NCBI GenBank assembly: GCA_051745285.1
Contig: JBNJDX010000002.1
Location: 46,917-110,916, forward strand
DNA: 64,000 nt
Direction of reading: 5' to 3'
Source of the DNA: Spirochaetota bacterium
GTDB lineage: Bacteria; Spirochaetota; Spirochaetia; CAKZLE01
Positions 39,399 through 49,300 of the stretch are shown here, in pieces; position 1 is the first letter of the stretch, and each line of letters opens with the position of its first letter. A program made the translations under genes and the position numbers. The notes under the pieces were generated by a model that was given only the letters and a program-made list of their open reading frames with translations, did not search any database and had not been told where the DNA came from.

Positions 39399-40508
39399 AT
39401 GATACATACTGGTTTTGTACGCAGATTGCTGCTTGCCGGACTACTACTGGCGATAATACTGTTTCCAGTCGCAGCTGCAGGAACTGCAGAGGAGACTGCA
39501 GAGGTCTCTGCTGAACAGGTCACGGCGACAGATTCTCTCGGTCGTGAAGTTTCAGTTGAGGCCTACCCCGATCGTATTGCAGTGGTGGGAAAGGCGACGA
39601 TGATCGTTGCTGATGCGCTCTATCTGTTTCCCGAAGCTCGAGAAGATGTTGTTGGACTCGGTAAAACAGATCAAGGGCTAGGCGATTTTTTCACCTATAT
39701 CGCTCCTGATTTTCCGGCAACTGAGCGGACATCCCATGCCGCCGGAGCCGAAGAGATAGCTGCCATGAACCCTGATCTAGTCCTGATAAAGCACTATGTC
39801 TATGGATCGCTCGGAGAGCAGCTTGAAAAGCTGGGTCTCCCTGTGTTTACGCTTAATTTAGAGTCCACTGACGCCTATTTTGAAGAGATTGAACAACTAG
39901 GCATTCTGCTCGGTATGGAGGAGAGAGCCTCAGATATTACCGGTTACTATCACGACAGACTTTCCTACATCCGTGAACAGGTATCACAGAACTCTGCTGA
40001 CGAACGTGAAGAGATTCTGCTGCTCTATGCGTCAGCACGAGACGGCATCACCGCCTTTCAGACTCCTCCAAAAAGCTGGATGCAGACGGACATGGCAGAA
40101 AAAGCCGGTGCTGAGGCTATCTGGAAAGAATCAAATCTGACAGACGGTTGGCAGAAGGTAGGGTTTGAACAGATTGCTTCCTGGGACCCCGACCGTATTT
40201 ATATTATCAGCTATCGCGCTCCCACGGATACGTTTCTCGACCAGATTGCAGAAAGTGATGCCTGGGAGGGGCTGCAGGCCTACCAGAATGGTGAAGTGAA
40301 GGCATTCCCGGCTGACTTTCACAACTGGGCTCAGCCTGACACCCGTTGGATTCTCGGTCTTGAGTGGCTCTCCCGTGATTTACACCCTGAAGCGTTTCAG
40401 GGAACAAGCATGGAAGAGAGCATAACTGACTTTTACAAAGAACTCTACCGCATCACTGATGAAGACATCGTTGAGGAGATACTACAACGGTATGAAAACT
40501 CACTCTAA
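39399..40508 (+). CDS. ABC transporter periplasmic substrate-binding protein, FecB/BtuF (class III) type
   Basis: Signal peptide (LLLAGLLLAIILFPVAAAG), then a periplasmic binding-protein fold typical of iron-chelate/cobalamin SBPs. ATG at 39399 (listed ORF begins at GTG 39387). Confidence 0.75.
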   Translation: MIHTGFVRRLLLAGLLLAIILFPVAAAGTAEETAEVSAEQVTATDSLGREVSVEAYPDRIAVVGKATMIVADALYLFPEAREDVVGLGKTDQGLGDFFTYIAPDFPATERTSHAAGAEEIAAMNPDLVLIKHYVYGSLGEQLEKLGLPVFTLNLESTDAYFEEIEQLGILLGMEERASDITGYYHDRLSYIREQVSQNSADEREEILLLYASARDGITAFQTPPKSWMQTDMAEKAGAEAIWKESNLTDGWQKVGFEQIASWDPDRIYIISYRAPTDTFLDQIAESDAWEGLQAYQNGEVKAFPADFHNWAQPDTRWILGLEWLSRDLHPEAFQGTSMEESITDFYKELYRITDEDIVEEILQRYENSL

Positions 40509-41508
40509 AGATGGGGGCGCCCGGAACAGGAGACTGCTCTTCGGCGCCTTTGTGCTGGTTGCCGTCGTGGGAATATTTTCCCTCTTTTTGGGCAGATATC
40601 CCTCACCCGGCTTGCAAAGCCCCGGATTTCTCTTGTCTGACAGTATGGGGCAGACAATTGTCCTCTCCCTTCGAGTTCCCCGGGTAATCACCGCCCTGAT
40701 TGCCGGCGCCGTCCTGGGAGCCGCCGGGTTTGTCTTTCAGATGCTTTTTTCCAATCCTTTGGTCGAACCCGGTTTTTTAGGGGTCTCTCAGGGGGCAGCG
40801 TTCGGGGCTGCAGCCGCCATTTTGCTGTTCGGTTATCACAGCGCTCTTATTCAGACAAGTGCCTCGATATTCGCTTTGCTGGGCCTGATATTCTCGTTCC
40901 TGCTGGCAAAACGGTTCCATTTCGGTGGTTGGATTCTGCGCCTTATTTTGGCAGGTATTGCCGTATCGGCCTTCTTCTCCTCTGGACTTGGCTTTATCAA
41001 GTACACAGCCGACCCTCAGAGTCAGTTGCAGGAAATTACCTTCTGGCTGCTGGGTGGGCTCTGGAATATTGACTGGAACCAGCTGCTTTCCATCGCACCG
41101 ATTACCATAGCAGCTTTGCTGATCCTCATCGCCTTCAGATGGAGGGTGAATCTCCTTTCGATGGATGACCGGACTTCGCACTCACTGGGCATATCCCCGG
41201 TGACAGAAAAACGCTTTATCCTCGTTGTTGCGACGCTGGGAACGGCTTCTGTCATATCGGTTTCCGGTCTCATCGGTTGGGTGGGACTGATTGTTCCCCA
41301 TCTCTCCCGCCGGGTGTTCGGCTCCAATTCCTCATTCGCCCTCCCCGGGTCAATCGTCATCGGAGCCTTGTATATGGTTATCTGTGATAACCTGGGAAGG
41401 ACCCTGTTTTCCGGCGAGCTTCCCCTGGGGATCGTGACAAGTCTGTTTGGTACGGTGTTGTTTATCGTTCTACTGACATCCCGAAAAGGACTGGGAGAAA
41501 CGGTATGA
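40492..41508 (+). CDS. ABC transporter permease, FecCD family
   Basis: Multi-TM protein with a FecCD/BtuC-type glycine-rich loop region. ATG at 40492 (MKTHSKDG). Confidence 0.8.
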   Translation: MKTHSKDGGARNRRLLFGAFVLVAVVGIFSLFLGRYPSPGLQSPGFLLSDSMGQTIVLSLRVPRVITALIAGAVLGAAGFVFQMLFSNPLVEPGFLGVSQGAAFGAAAAILLFGYHSALIQTSASIFALLGLIFSFLLAKRFHFGGWILRLILAGIAVSAFFSSGLGFIKYTADPQSQLQEITFWLLGGLWNIDWNQLLSIAPITIAALLILIAFRWRVNLLSMDDRTSHSLGISPVTEKRFILVVATLGTASVISVSGLIGWVGLIVPHLSRRVFGSNSSFALPGSIVIGALYMVICDNLGRTLFSGELPLGIVTSLFGTVLFIVLLTSRKGLGETV

Positions 41509-42281
41509 GCAGCGTCTTTTCGTTAGAGCAGGTCTCCTACACCTACCCGTCTAGCCGTGTGCATGCCCTGTATTCTGTTGACCTGGAAATTCCCTCTTCC
41601 CAGGTTACCGCGGTGCTGGGGCAAAACGGCGCCGGGAAGTCGACGCTGATGGATTTACTGCTTGGGTGGAAAGCTCCTGATACGGGGCAGGTCCTGCTAC
41701 AAGGCAAGCCCGTACAATCATTGTCAAAGCGTAAGCGGGGACAACTGATCAGTCTGGTTCCCCAGAACGAACCGCTGCAGTTCTCGTTTACGCTCCTTGA
41801 TTATGTACTGTTCGGACGTGCACCCTATCTGCCGCAGCTTGCCAGCCCCTCTCCCGAGGATATTGATATTGCACTGGAGGCTCTCGAGACGGTGCGGCTG
41901 GATCTTTCCCCGCAACGAGCAGTTACTACTCTTTCCGGCGGGCAGCGGCAGCTTCTCATGCTAGCCAGGGCCATTGCCCAACAGCCCGATATTATTTTGC
42001 TCGACGAACCGACAAGCAGTCTTGATCCCGGGAATACTGCTCAAGCAGCCGAAATTATCCTGCATCTCAAAGAAACGGGCCTCAGTGTCGTCTACACCAC
42101 TCACGACCCCAATTTTGCTGCGGACACGGCCGACAGTGTGGCCATGTTAAAAGCAGGACATCTCCTTTCGATGGAGCACAAAACCGGTGCTCTCACCGGG
42201 GAAAGACTTTCTCATCTCTATGATGCTGCCATTGAGGTTATCCACCATGAGGGGCGGATCATCGTGTGCCGCAGCCTGTAG
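41505..42281 (+). CDS. ABC transporter ATP-binding protein (FecE/BtuD type)
   Basis: 258 aa. Walker A (GQNGAGKSTL), ABC signature (LSGGQRQ), Walker B (ILLDEPTS). Confidence 0.85.
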   Translation: MSSVFSLEQVSYTYPSSRVHALYSVDLEIPSSQVTAVLGQNGAGKSTLMDLLLGWKAPDTGQVLLQGKPVQSLSKRKRGQLISLVPQNEPLQFSFTLLDYVLFGRAPYLPQLASPSPEDIDIALEALETVRLDLSPQRAVTTLSGGQRQLLMLARAIAQQPDIILLDEPTSSLDPGNTAQAAEIILHLKETGLSVVYTTHDPNFAADTADSVAMLKAGHLLSMEHKTGALTGERLSHLYDAAIEVIHHEGRIIVCRSL

Positions 42282-42285
42282 GTTC

Positions 42286-44022
42286 TCAGGTTACAGAAAT
42301 ATCGACAAATGAGAATTCACGCACATCAAACAGTCCCATATCGGTGAGTTTGAGATCCGGAATGACCGGGAGGGCAAGAAAACTCAGTGTCATAAAGGGA
42401 TCAATCTCCGGGTTGATACCAAAGGTCGAGAAAGCTACCTGGTGCATTGCCTTAAGCTTATCACTGACAAACTCAGCGCCTTCTTCAGACATGAGGCCGG
42501 CTATCGGGAGCGGCAGGCTGTCTAACACTTTTCCCTGGGCACACATGGTAATACCGCCTGAAATGGAGATTATGTGTTCTACTGCTAATGCGAGATCGTC
42601 ATCATTATCGCCGATGGCAATAATATTATGAGAGTCATGAGCGATCGTCGTCGCAATAGCCCCGCCATGCAGCTGATAGTTTTCAACAATTCCCAGCCCA
42701 ATGCGGGCTGAACCAGTGTGGCGTTCTACAACAGCAAGTTTGAGTAAATCGAGATTCCGGTCGTTGATAAAGTTCCCCTGTGTATCCCGAAACACCTTTC
42801 GTATCGCATGTTCGGTAACGAGAGTGTTAGCATTGATACGGATTACCCGGGCTACGTCTGAATTAAGGGGCAAGGTAAACATCTCTTTGGTTAACGGAGC
42901 TGTATGTACCGTTCCTGTTACCGTCTCAGTTGAGTGACGCGGGAACTTATCAAGGCAGGCCCCCTCCTTTGCCTGCAAGGTCCCGCCAATAAATACTTGT
43001 TCAACCGTAAAGTCCTGCAGGTTGTCAAGGATGAGGAAATCGGCCTGGTAGCCGGGGGCCAGTGCGCCGGTCTTTTCGAGTCCATAGCACTCGGCGGCGT
43101 TTATCGTTGCCATTTGCACTGCCGTGACCGCATCTGTTCCCAGGGCAACAGCAGTACGCAGGTGGTTGTCGATATGACCATCTTTAAGAATGTCCTCCGG
43201 TTGCCTGTCATCGGTACAAAACAGACAGCGCCGGGAATTGTACTGGTTAACTCCCCGCAAAAGAGTTGGCAAATTCTTTGCCGCTGATCCCTGGCGGAGG
43301 AGCACATACATTCCCCGGGAAATCCGATCATTCATCTCCTCAACGGTAGAACATTCGTGATCAGTGGTAATTCCGGCCGCAGCGTAGGCAGTAAGATCTT
43401 TTCCCTCCAGCATGGGGCTGTGTCCGTCAATATGTTTGTTGCGGCTGCGTGCCATGGCTATTTTTTCGACTAACTGGTCTTCCCCGGCAGCTGTCCCGTA
43501 GTAGTCCATTACCTCTCCCAGTCCAAGCACACGAGGGTGATCGATCAATTGTTCCAGTTCGGATACCCCCAGCACAGCTCCCGAATGCTCAAACTGTGTT
43601 GCAGGCACGCAGGAGGGCAGCATAACATAGGTATGCAGGGGAAGATGTTCTGTGGCCTGTAGCATGTAACGAATACCGTCTAGACCGCATACATTTGCGA
43701 TTTCGTGCGGATCGGCTATGACGGTGGTTGTCCCCCGGGGAAGAACAGCTTCGGCAAACTGCTCAGGAGATACCATAGCTGATTCAATATGTACATGACT
43801 GTCAACAAGACCGGGAATCAGATACTTACCCTGGGCATCAATTTCCTGCTCTCCCTCATAGGCGCCAATGCCGACAATCTTACCATCAGAGACTGCTAGA
43901 GAGCCTTCTACTATGTTGTGAGTGAACACGTCGACTATATTCGCATGTTTGACTACCAGTTGAGCTCTTTTCCGACCGGAAGCAACCTCTATTTGCTGTT
44001 TTATTGACTCCCTTGTACTCAT
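42286..44022 (-). CDS. ade: adenine deaminase
   Basis: Amidohydrolase metal site (PGLVDSHVHIES), length typical of AdeC. Start set at ATG 44022 (MSTRESIKQQIEVASGR) with GGAGGAG RBS; the longer ORF to 44085 has no SD. Confidence 0.85.
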   Translation of the reverse strand: MSTRESIKQQIEVASGRKRAQLVVKHANIVDVFTHNIVEGSLAVSDGKIVGIGAYEGEQEIDAQGKYLIPGLVDSHVHIESAMVSPEQFAEAVLPRGTTTVIADPHEIANVCGLDGIRYMLQATEHLPLHTYVMLPSCVPATQFEHSGAVLGVSELEQLIDHPRVLGLGEVMDYYGTAAGEDQLVEKIAMARSRNKHIDGHSPMLEGKDLTAYAAAGITTDHECSTVEEMNDRISRGMYVLLRQGSAAKNLPTLLRGVNQYNSRRCLFCTDDRQPEDILKDGHIDNHLRTAVALGTDAVTAVQMATINAAECYGLEKTGALAPGYQADFLILDNLQDFTVEQVFIGGTLQAKEGACLDKFPRHSTETVTGTVHTAPLTKEMFTLPLNSDVARVIRINANTLVTEHAIRKVFRDTQGNFINDRNLDLLKLAVVERHTGSARIGLGIVENYQLHGGAIATTIAHDSHNIIAIGDNDDDLALAVEHIISISGGITMCAQGKVLDSLPLPIAGLMSEEGAEFVSDKLKAMHQVAFSTFGINPEIDPFMTLSFLALPVIPDLKLTDMGLFDVREFSFVDISVT

Positions 44023-44191
44023 TCTCTTTCTCCTCCATACCTTCTTCAGCGCAGCATCAGCTCTCTTGCTGTCTAAGACTACCATGACCGAGGTGGTTTC
44101 GCAACAGAGTGCAACAGAAAATAATTATTCTGTACAATGGCTGACAAACATAGTACAATCTGACCATCAAATTTTTCAAAGGAGAGGATAG

Positions 44192-45478
44192 ATGGAAAAA
44201 TTGTTTAAACTGACTGACCACAAGACAGATTTTAAAACAGAACTGCTTGCTGGTCTTACAACGTTCCTTGCCATGGCCTATATCCTGGCGGTCAACCCGG
44301 ATATTTTGAGTGCCACTGGAATGAACAAGGAAGCACTGTTCACCGCTACCGCCCTTTCAGCAGCTGTTGCCACCCTTGTTATGGCATTTGCGGCCAATCT
44401 TCCCTTCGCCCTGGCACCCGGCATGGGGCTTAATGCCTTTTTTGCGTTTACGGTTGTGCTCGGAATGGGATACTCTTGGCAGTTTGCTTTAACTGCTGTA
44501 TTCCTTGAAGGTATTATCTTTATTATTCTCACTCTGTTGAATATCAGGGAGGCAATCATTAACTGCATTCCAAAGAATGTGAAAAAGGCCATATCAGTAG
44601 GTATTGGTCTTTTTATTGCATTTATTGGATTTCAGAACGCCGGTATCATTGTAAATGACGATGCTACCCTTGTTATTCTTGGAGATTTGACCTCTGGCAC
44701 AGCCCTGCTGGCAGTCATTGGACTGGTTGTAACCGGTCTGTTGCTGGCATTCAGGGTTAAGGGTGCTTTGCTCATCGGTATCATTGCCACGACTCTTATC
44801 GGCATACCGTTCGGCATCACCTCAGCTCCTGGTGGAAGCTGGGCACCACCCTCCTTGGCTCCCATCTTTTTCCAGTTTGAGTTTGCCAGCGTCTTTACCT
44901 TTGATATGCTGATCGTTTTATTCACGTTCCTCTTTGTTGATATGTTCGACACAGTTGGGACATTGATCGGTGTTTCAACCAAGGCTGGGCTGATTGATGA
45001 AGAAGGGAACATTCCGAAAGCTAAGCAGGCCTTAATGGCCGACGCTGTTGGTACGACAGTGGGTGCATGCCTTGGAACAAGTACTGTTACGACCTATGTT
45101 GAAAGCTCAGCAGGTGTAGCTGAAGGCGGAAAAACCGGTTTAACAGCTCTGACAGTTGCAGTTCTGTTCATCATTGCCCTTTTTGTTGCCCCTCTGTTTC
45201 TCGCAGTTCCTGGGGCTGCCACTGCTCCTACATTGATCCTTGTAGGTCTGTTTATGATGACTCCAGTCAGAGAGATCGATTTTACTGACTACACTGAAGC
45301 TATCCCGGCTTTCCTGACTCTGATTATTATGCCGTTGGCCTACAGCATTGCTGATGGTATTATGCTCGGTATGCTCTCCTGGATCCTGTTGAAACTGTTT
45401 GCAGGAAAAGCAAAAGAAATCAGTCTATTGACTCTTATTATCGGCATTCTGTTTCTCTTGAAACTGATTATCGGTTAA
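44192..45478 (+). CDS. NCS2-family purine permease (adenine/guanine/hypoxanthine, AzgA/PbuG-like)
   Basis: 428 aa, multi-TM. MEKLFKLTDHKTDFKTELLAGLTTFLAMAYILAVNP is a characteristic COG2252 N-terminus. RBS GGAGAGGA. Confidence 0.85.
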   Translation: MEKLFKLTDHKTDFKTELLAGLTTFLAMAYILAVNPDILSATGMNKEALFTATALSAAVATLVMAFAANLPFALAPGMGLNAFFAFTVVLGMGYSWQFALTAVFLEGIIFIILTLLNIREAIINCIPKNVKKAISVGIGLFIAFIGFQNAGIIVNDDATLVILGDLTSGTALLAVIGLVVTGLLLAFRVKGALLIGIIATTLIGIPFGITSAPGGSWAPPSLAPIFFQFEFASVFTFDMLIVLFTFLFVDMFDTVGTLIGVSTKAGLIDEEGNIPKAKQALMADAVGTTVGACLGTSTVTTYVESSAGVAEGGKTGLTALTVAVLFIIALFVAPLFLAVPGAATAPTLILVGLFMMTPVREIDFTDYTEAIPAFLTLIIMPLAYSIADGIMLGMLSWILLKLFAGKAKEISLLTLIIGILFLLKLIIG

Positions 45479-45554
45479 TACTGTAAGAGTTTCTAGCATG
45501 TACGGGGCTGTATCCTTGAGGGGAGCAGCCCTTTTCCTTTTGGAGGTGGTTACT

Positions 45555-46346
45555 GTGAGACCTATTGCTGTTGTGACTGGAGCATCCCGGGGAATCGGCA
45601 GACATTGTGCACGTCTGCTAATTGATACAGGCTATACAGTGATCGGCACGTGCCGAAGCGTTGCAAGGCTTGCAGAGGATCAGCGTGTCCCTGGAGTGGT
45701 TTATGAAGAACTGGATCTTTCCGAGAGAAGTTCAATTGAGCATTTTTGCCAAAGGGTTCCCCATGTTGACTTGCTGATCAATAATGCTGGCATTTCTCAG
45801 ATAGGTGCTGTTGAAGAGCTCTCCAACGACACGCTGGACTATGTGTTTGCAGTAAATCTAACCGGACCAATCGCACTTGACCGTCATGCTATCCGTGACA
45901 TGAGAAGGCGCGGAGGCGGACGCATCGTCCATGTCAGCTCTATTGCAGCCCGTACTCCGGTGCCTTTTTCATCGCTCTATGCAGGGGCTAAGGCAGCTTT
46001 GGACGCCTATGCGGCCTCACTGGCGAATGAAGTACATCAGTTTGGTATTGGAGTTACGAATGTCTATTTCGATTTTGTGAATACCGGGTTAGTGCAGTAT
46101 TCCGATATGCCTGATGACTCCCCGTATTCCCGGCAGGTAAAGAACGTGAAGGCAAAGCGTGATGCTGCTATTGCCGGGGGAGCTGATGCAGGCAAAGTAG
46201 CTGCAAAAATCATTCAGACTGCTCTGCGCAGAAAAGCGCCACTGTATGTTGCCATCGGCGCACGTTCGCGACTGATAAGCCTTACCGCGAAACTACTCCC
46301 TGCCGGTGCGACTGGCTATCTTATTCGAAAGCTGTTCCTCTTGTAA
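45555..46346 (+). CDS. short-chain dehydrogenase/reductase (SDR)
   Basis: VVTGASRGIG cofactor motif; catalytic YAGAKAAL (YxxxK). GTG start at 45555 directly preceded by GGAGGTGG; the listed ORF begins at 45498. Confidence 0.75.
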   Translation: MRPIAVVTGASRGIGRHCARLLIDTGYTVIGTCRSVARLAEDQRVPGVVYEELDLSERSSIEHFCQRVPHVDLLINNAGISQIGAVEELSNDTLDYVFAVNLTGPIALDRHAIRDMRRRGGGRIVHVSSIAARTPVPFSSLYAGAKAALDAYAASLANEVHQFGIGVTNVYFDFVNTGLVQYSDMPDDSPYSRQVKNVKAKRDAAIAGGADAGKVAAKIIQTALRRKAPLYVAIGARSRLISLTAKLLPAGATGYLIRKLFLL

Positions 46347-49300
46347 TACCTCATCTGGATTGGTGTTGACAATCTTTTCCATTTCATCAAGGACACCCTG
46401 GGTATGTTCTCCGAAATCGAAAAGGGGTTTAAGACGCTCAAATAGGGGTTTTACAAAATTCCTGAGTTGACTCTGGTCTTTTTCCATGGGAGTTTTGCTC
46501 TGCAGGACCAATACCGTGACGGCACCTGGCGAGTAATAGGTGCCCACCTCGACAAAGCCGAATTTCTTGTAGAGTCTGATGGTTTTTACGTCGTCAGAGA
46601 ACACATCTATGATGACATCTTCAACCTTCTGGTATCTGGCCATCAAAAAAACCAAAACAATTAGACCGATTGATACGACTGTGTGTCGCATTTCTGGTAG
46701 TACAGCGAGTCGAAGGATTTCCGAGCACTTGCCTGAGTTGATAATGCGCTCGATGTCAAAGTGGCGGGATATCGGCATCGGCCAGAACTTGTCAGAGGTC
46801 ATTAACGAAACAGTCCCCACCGGCTGGATTCCCTTGTAGGCAAGAATATGAGTGGCTCTCTCATCTACTTCACGGTGAATGGTCTCTTCTAAGTACCCCT
46901 TTTCGCCCACCAGGACCTTGCGCTGGATATAGAACACATCGCTGAGAGCCGCTGAATCTTCTACCAGGGAGAAGGAGATGGCATTCTTGCCCTCTTCGCT
47001 CACCGGAAAAATCACGGAAAACTCAGAGCCTGTTTTAGTCTCGCTTTTTACCCGGATGCGACCGGACATTTTCGCTACGATGCTGTAGCAGTTGGATAAA
47101 CCAAGCCCAGTTCCTGTTCCTGGTTCTTTGGTGGTGAAGAAGGGGGTAAATATCTGGTTAAGATGTTTTTGCTCAATCCCGCAGCCGGTGTCACTGATAA
47201 TTACGTGCACAAAACCGTCCCGTTCCATGCATGCAAGGGTGAGAGTCCCCCTTCCCTCCATGGCCTGAAAGGCATTAACAATTAAATTCAAAAACAGCTG
47301 CTGGAGTTCGCTTTCTGTTGCATCAATGAGCGGCAGAGCATGATAGTTGCGTTTGACCGTGATGTTCTTTGCATCGATACCCCGTGTTGCCAGTCGCAGA
47401 GAAAACTCCAGAACGCGGACAATATCAACCGGTTCAACGTTTTTCACTTCTCTGCGTGAATAGACTGAGAGTTCTTTGATCACGTCGGCAGCGGACTGTG
47501 AATAACTAAGGATATCGTCAAGATACTCCCGCTGTTCACTATCTTCTACCTCCCCCAGGAGAATCTCAGCAGTACCCGAAATACCCGCAAGGGGGTTGTT
47601 GAGCTCATGGGCAATCCCGGCAGCAAGGGTTCCGATGCCTGCCATTTTTTCGGTGCGCACCAGCTCTTCTTGCAGGTTTTTCTGTTCGGTAATATCGTTG
47701 ATAATCTCGATGAAGACACTTTTTGAGTTTTCAATCACCCGAACGGCATGAAACTGGAATGCAAGCACTTTATCCTGTATTTCTGCTTCAGCCTCCTGCA
47801 TTACCCCGGTATGAATGCAGTCGAGAGAGCGACAAAAGGTACATGGCCGCCGTCGTCCGAAGAAGGCCCGATAACACTTATTGCCGATAAGCTCCTTTTT
47901 CTTGCTTCCAAAAAAGGTGACAGCAGCACTATTGGCCTCAACGATAGTATAATCAACATCAATGAGGCAAACCGGGGAGGCAATCCCGTTAAAGATCGCC
48001 TCCAGCTTGTTTTTGCTCATCGTCAGTTCGTTACCCTGAAGGCGTAGCTGCTCAAAGGACAGGGCATTCTTGAGTGAAAGTGAACACTGTGCAGCAAGTA
48101 TTTCCAGGGCATCAAGCTCTATTTCTGTAATGAGCGCCTTTGTGTAGTCAAACGCCAGGAAAATATACCCGGCTATACGTTTTCTGAATACCAGCGGAAT
48201 GATTACATCTGCTTCTGGCAGCTGTTCGCTTACCGAAAACCGTTTTTCTTCAGGTTTTACACTCAATATTGAAGACACATTCTCGTCACGCAGTCGGCGA
48301 AGTTTCGCGGCAACATAGGAGGGAAACTCAAACTCAATCACCTCTCCCGGCTGCACCTCAGTCGGACAGTCCCTGTGGGCAACAAGAATAAAATTGTCAA
48401 AATCATCAATTTTCCGCACTGCAAAAGCTACCCAGGCGGTCTTCAGACCGGAACTGAGGTTCTTTACCACCTCGTCGCCAAGCTCATTGAGATCAACAAT
48501 GGTTGTCAACCGTTGACTGAGATTTTTGATGGTTGCCTGGTAGGGATGCCGTTTGGGTATGATGACATTGTCTATGAAATACATGATAAGGTTACGAAGC
48601 GGATGAAGGACCAGCACGGTCGCAATTCCCAATACGACTGCCAGCTGACCGACGTTGTAGGGTGCAAAATCATGCTTAAACAACTGGATAACAGCGATAA
48701 TAAGATAGTAGAAGGCTGAAGCTACAATTGCCAGAATGGTTGAATAGATGATGCGCAACGCAAGACGCGAGTAACTGATGACCTTGTATTTATAGATTGA
48801 GTAAAACAGAAGCAGCGCATTTAATGTGGCTGAAAATATATCAATTGGGTATCGCCCCAGCGGAGGATACAGGTTGATCAGGATACCAATGAGCATGATC
48901 ACTACACCAATGAGAGGCAGTTTGACGCTCTTGCGGTATTTTTCCACCGTCTTGTATTTTTTCCCGAACAGGAGAATCATCAACGTCAGCATCAGATATA
49001 TATAGCTGATGCTATAGGCAACCACTGCTCCACGGCCGAGCTGATAGTAGAATTCACCGGTGGCGGTAAAACCGGCATCCGTTACAATGGTTCCCGAAAA
49101 GTTGAGCACCATAAGGGGAATGACAAAAAGGTAACTGGCATAGATAAAGATCCGGAAACTTCTTTTGTAATACTCCATGATATCAGTGATGAAGTGCACC
49201 AAGCCGAAGGGGGCCACCAGCAGACCGACAAGCATGACCTTGTTCCACATAAGGGGAGTTGCCACGGAGCTGTTAAGGTGCATCATCATGGAGCCGAAAC

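Noticed and set aside
44023-44191. Possible purine riboswitch upstream of the NCS2 permease
   Set aside because: I looked for the conserved purine-riboswitch junction and loop sequences (UAUA...GUUUCUACC...CCGUAAA) on both strands and found none. Only short direct repeats are present; these are reported as a finding.
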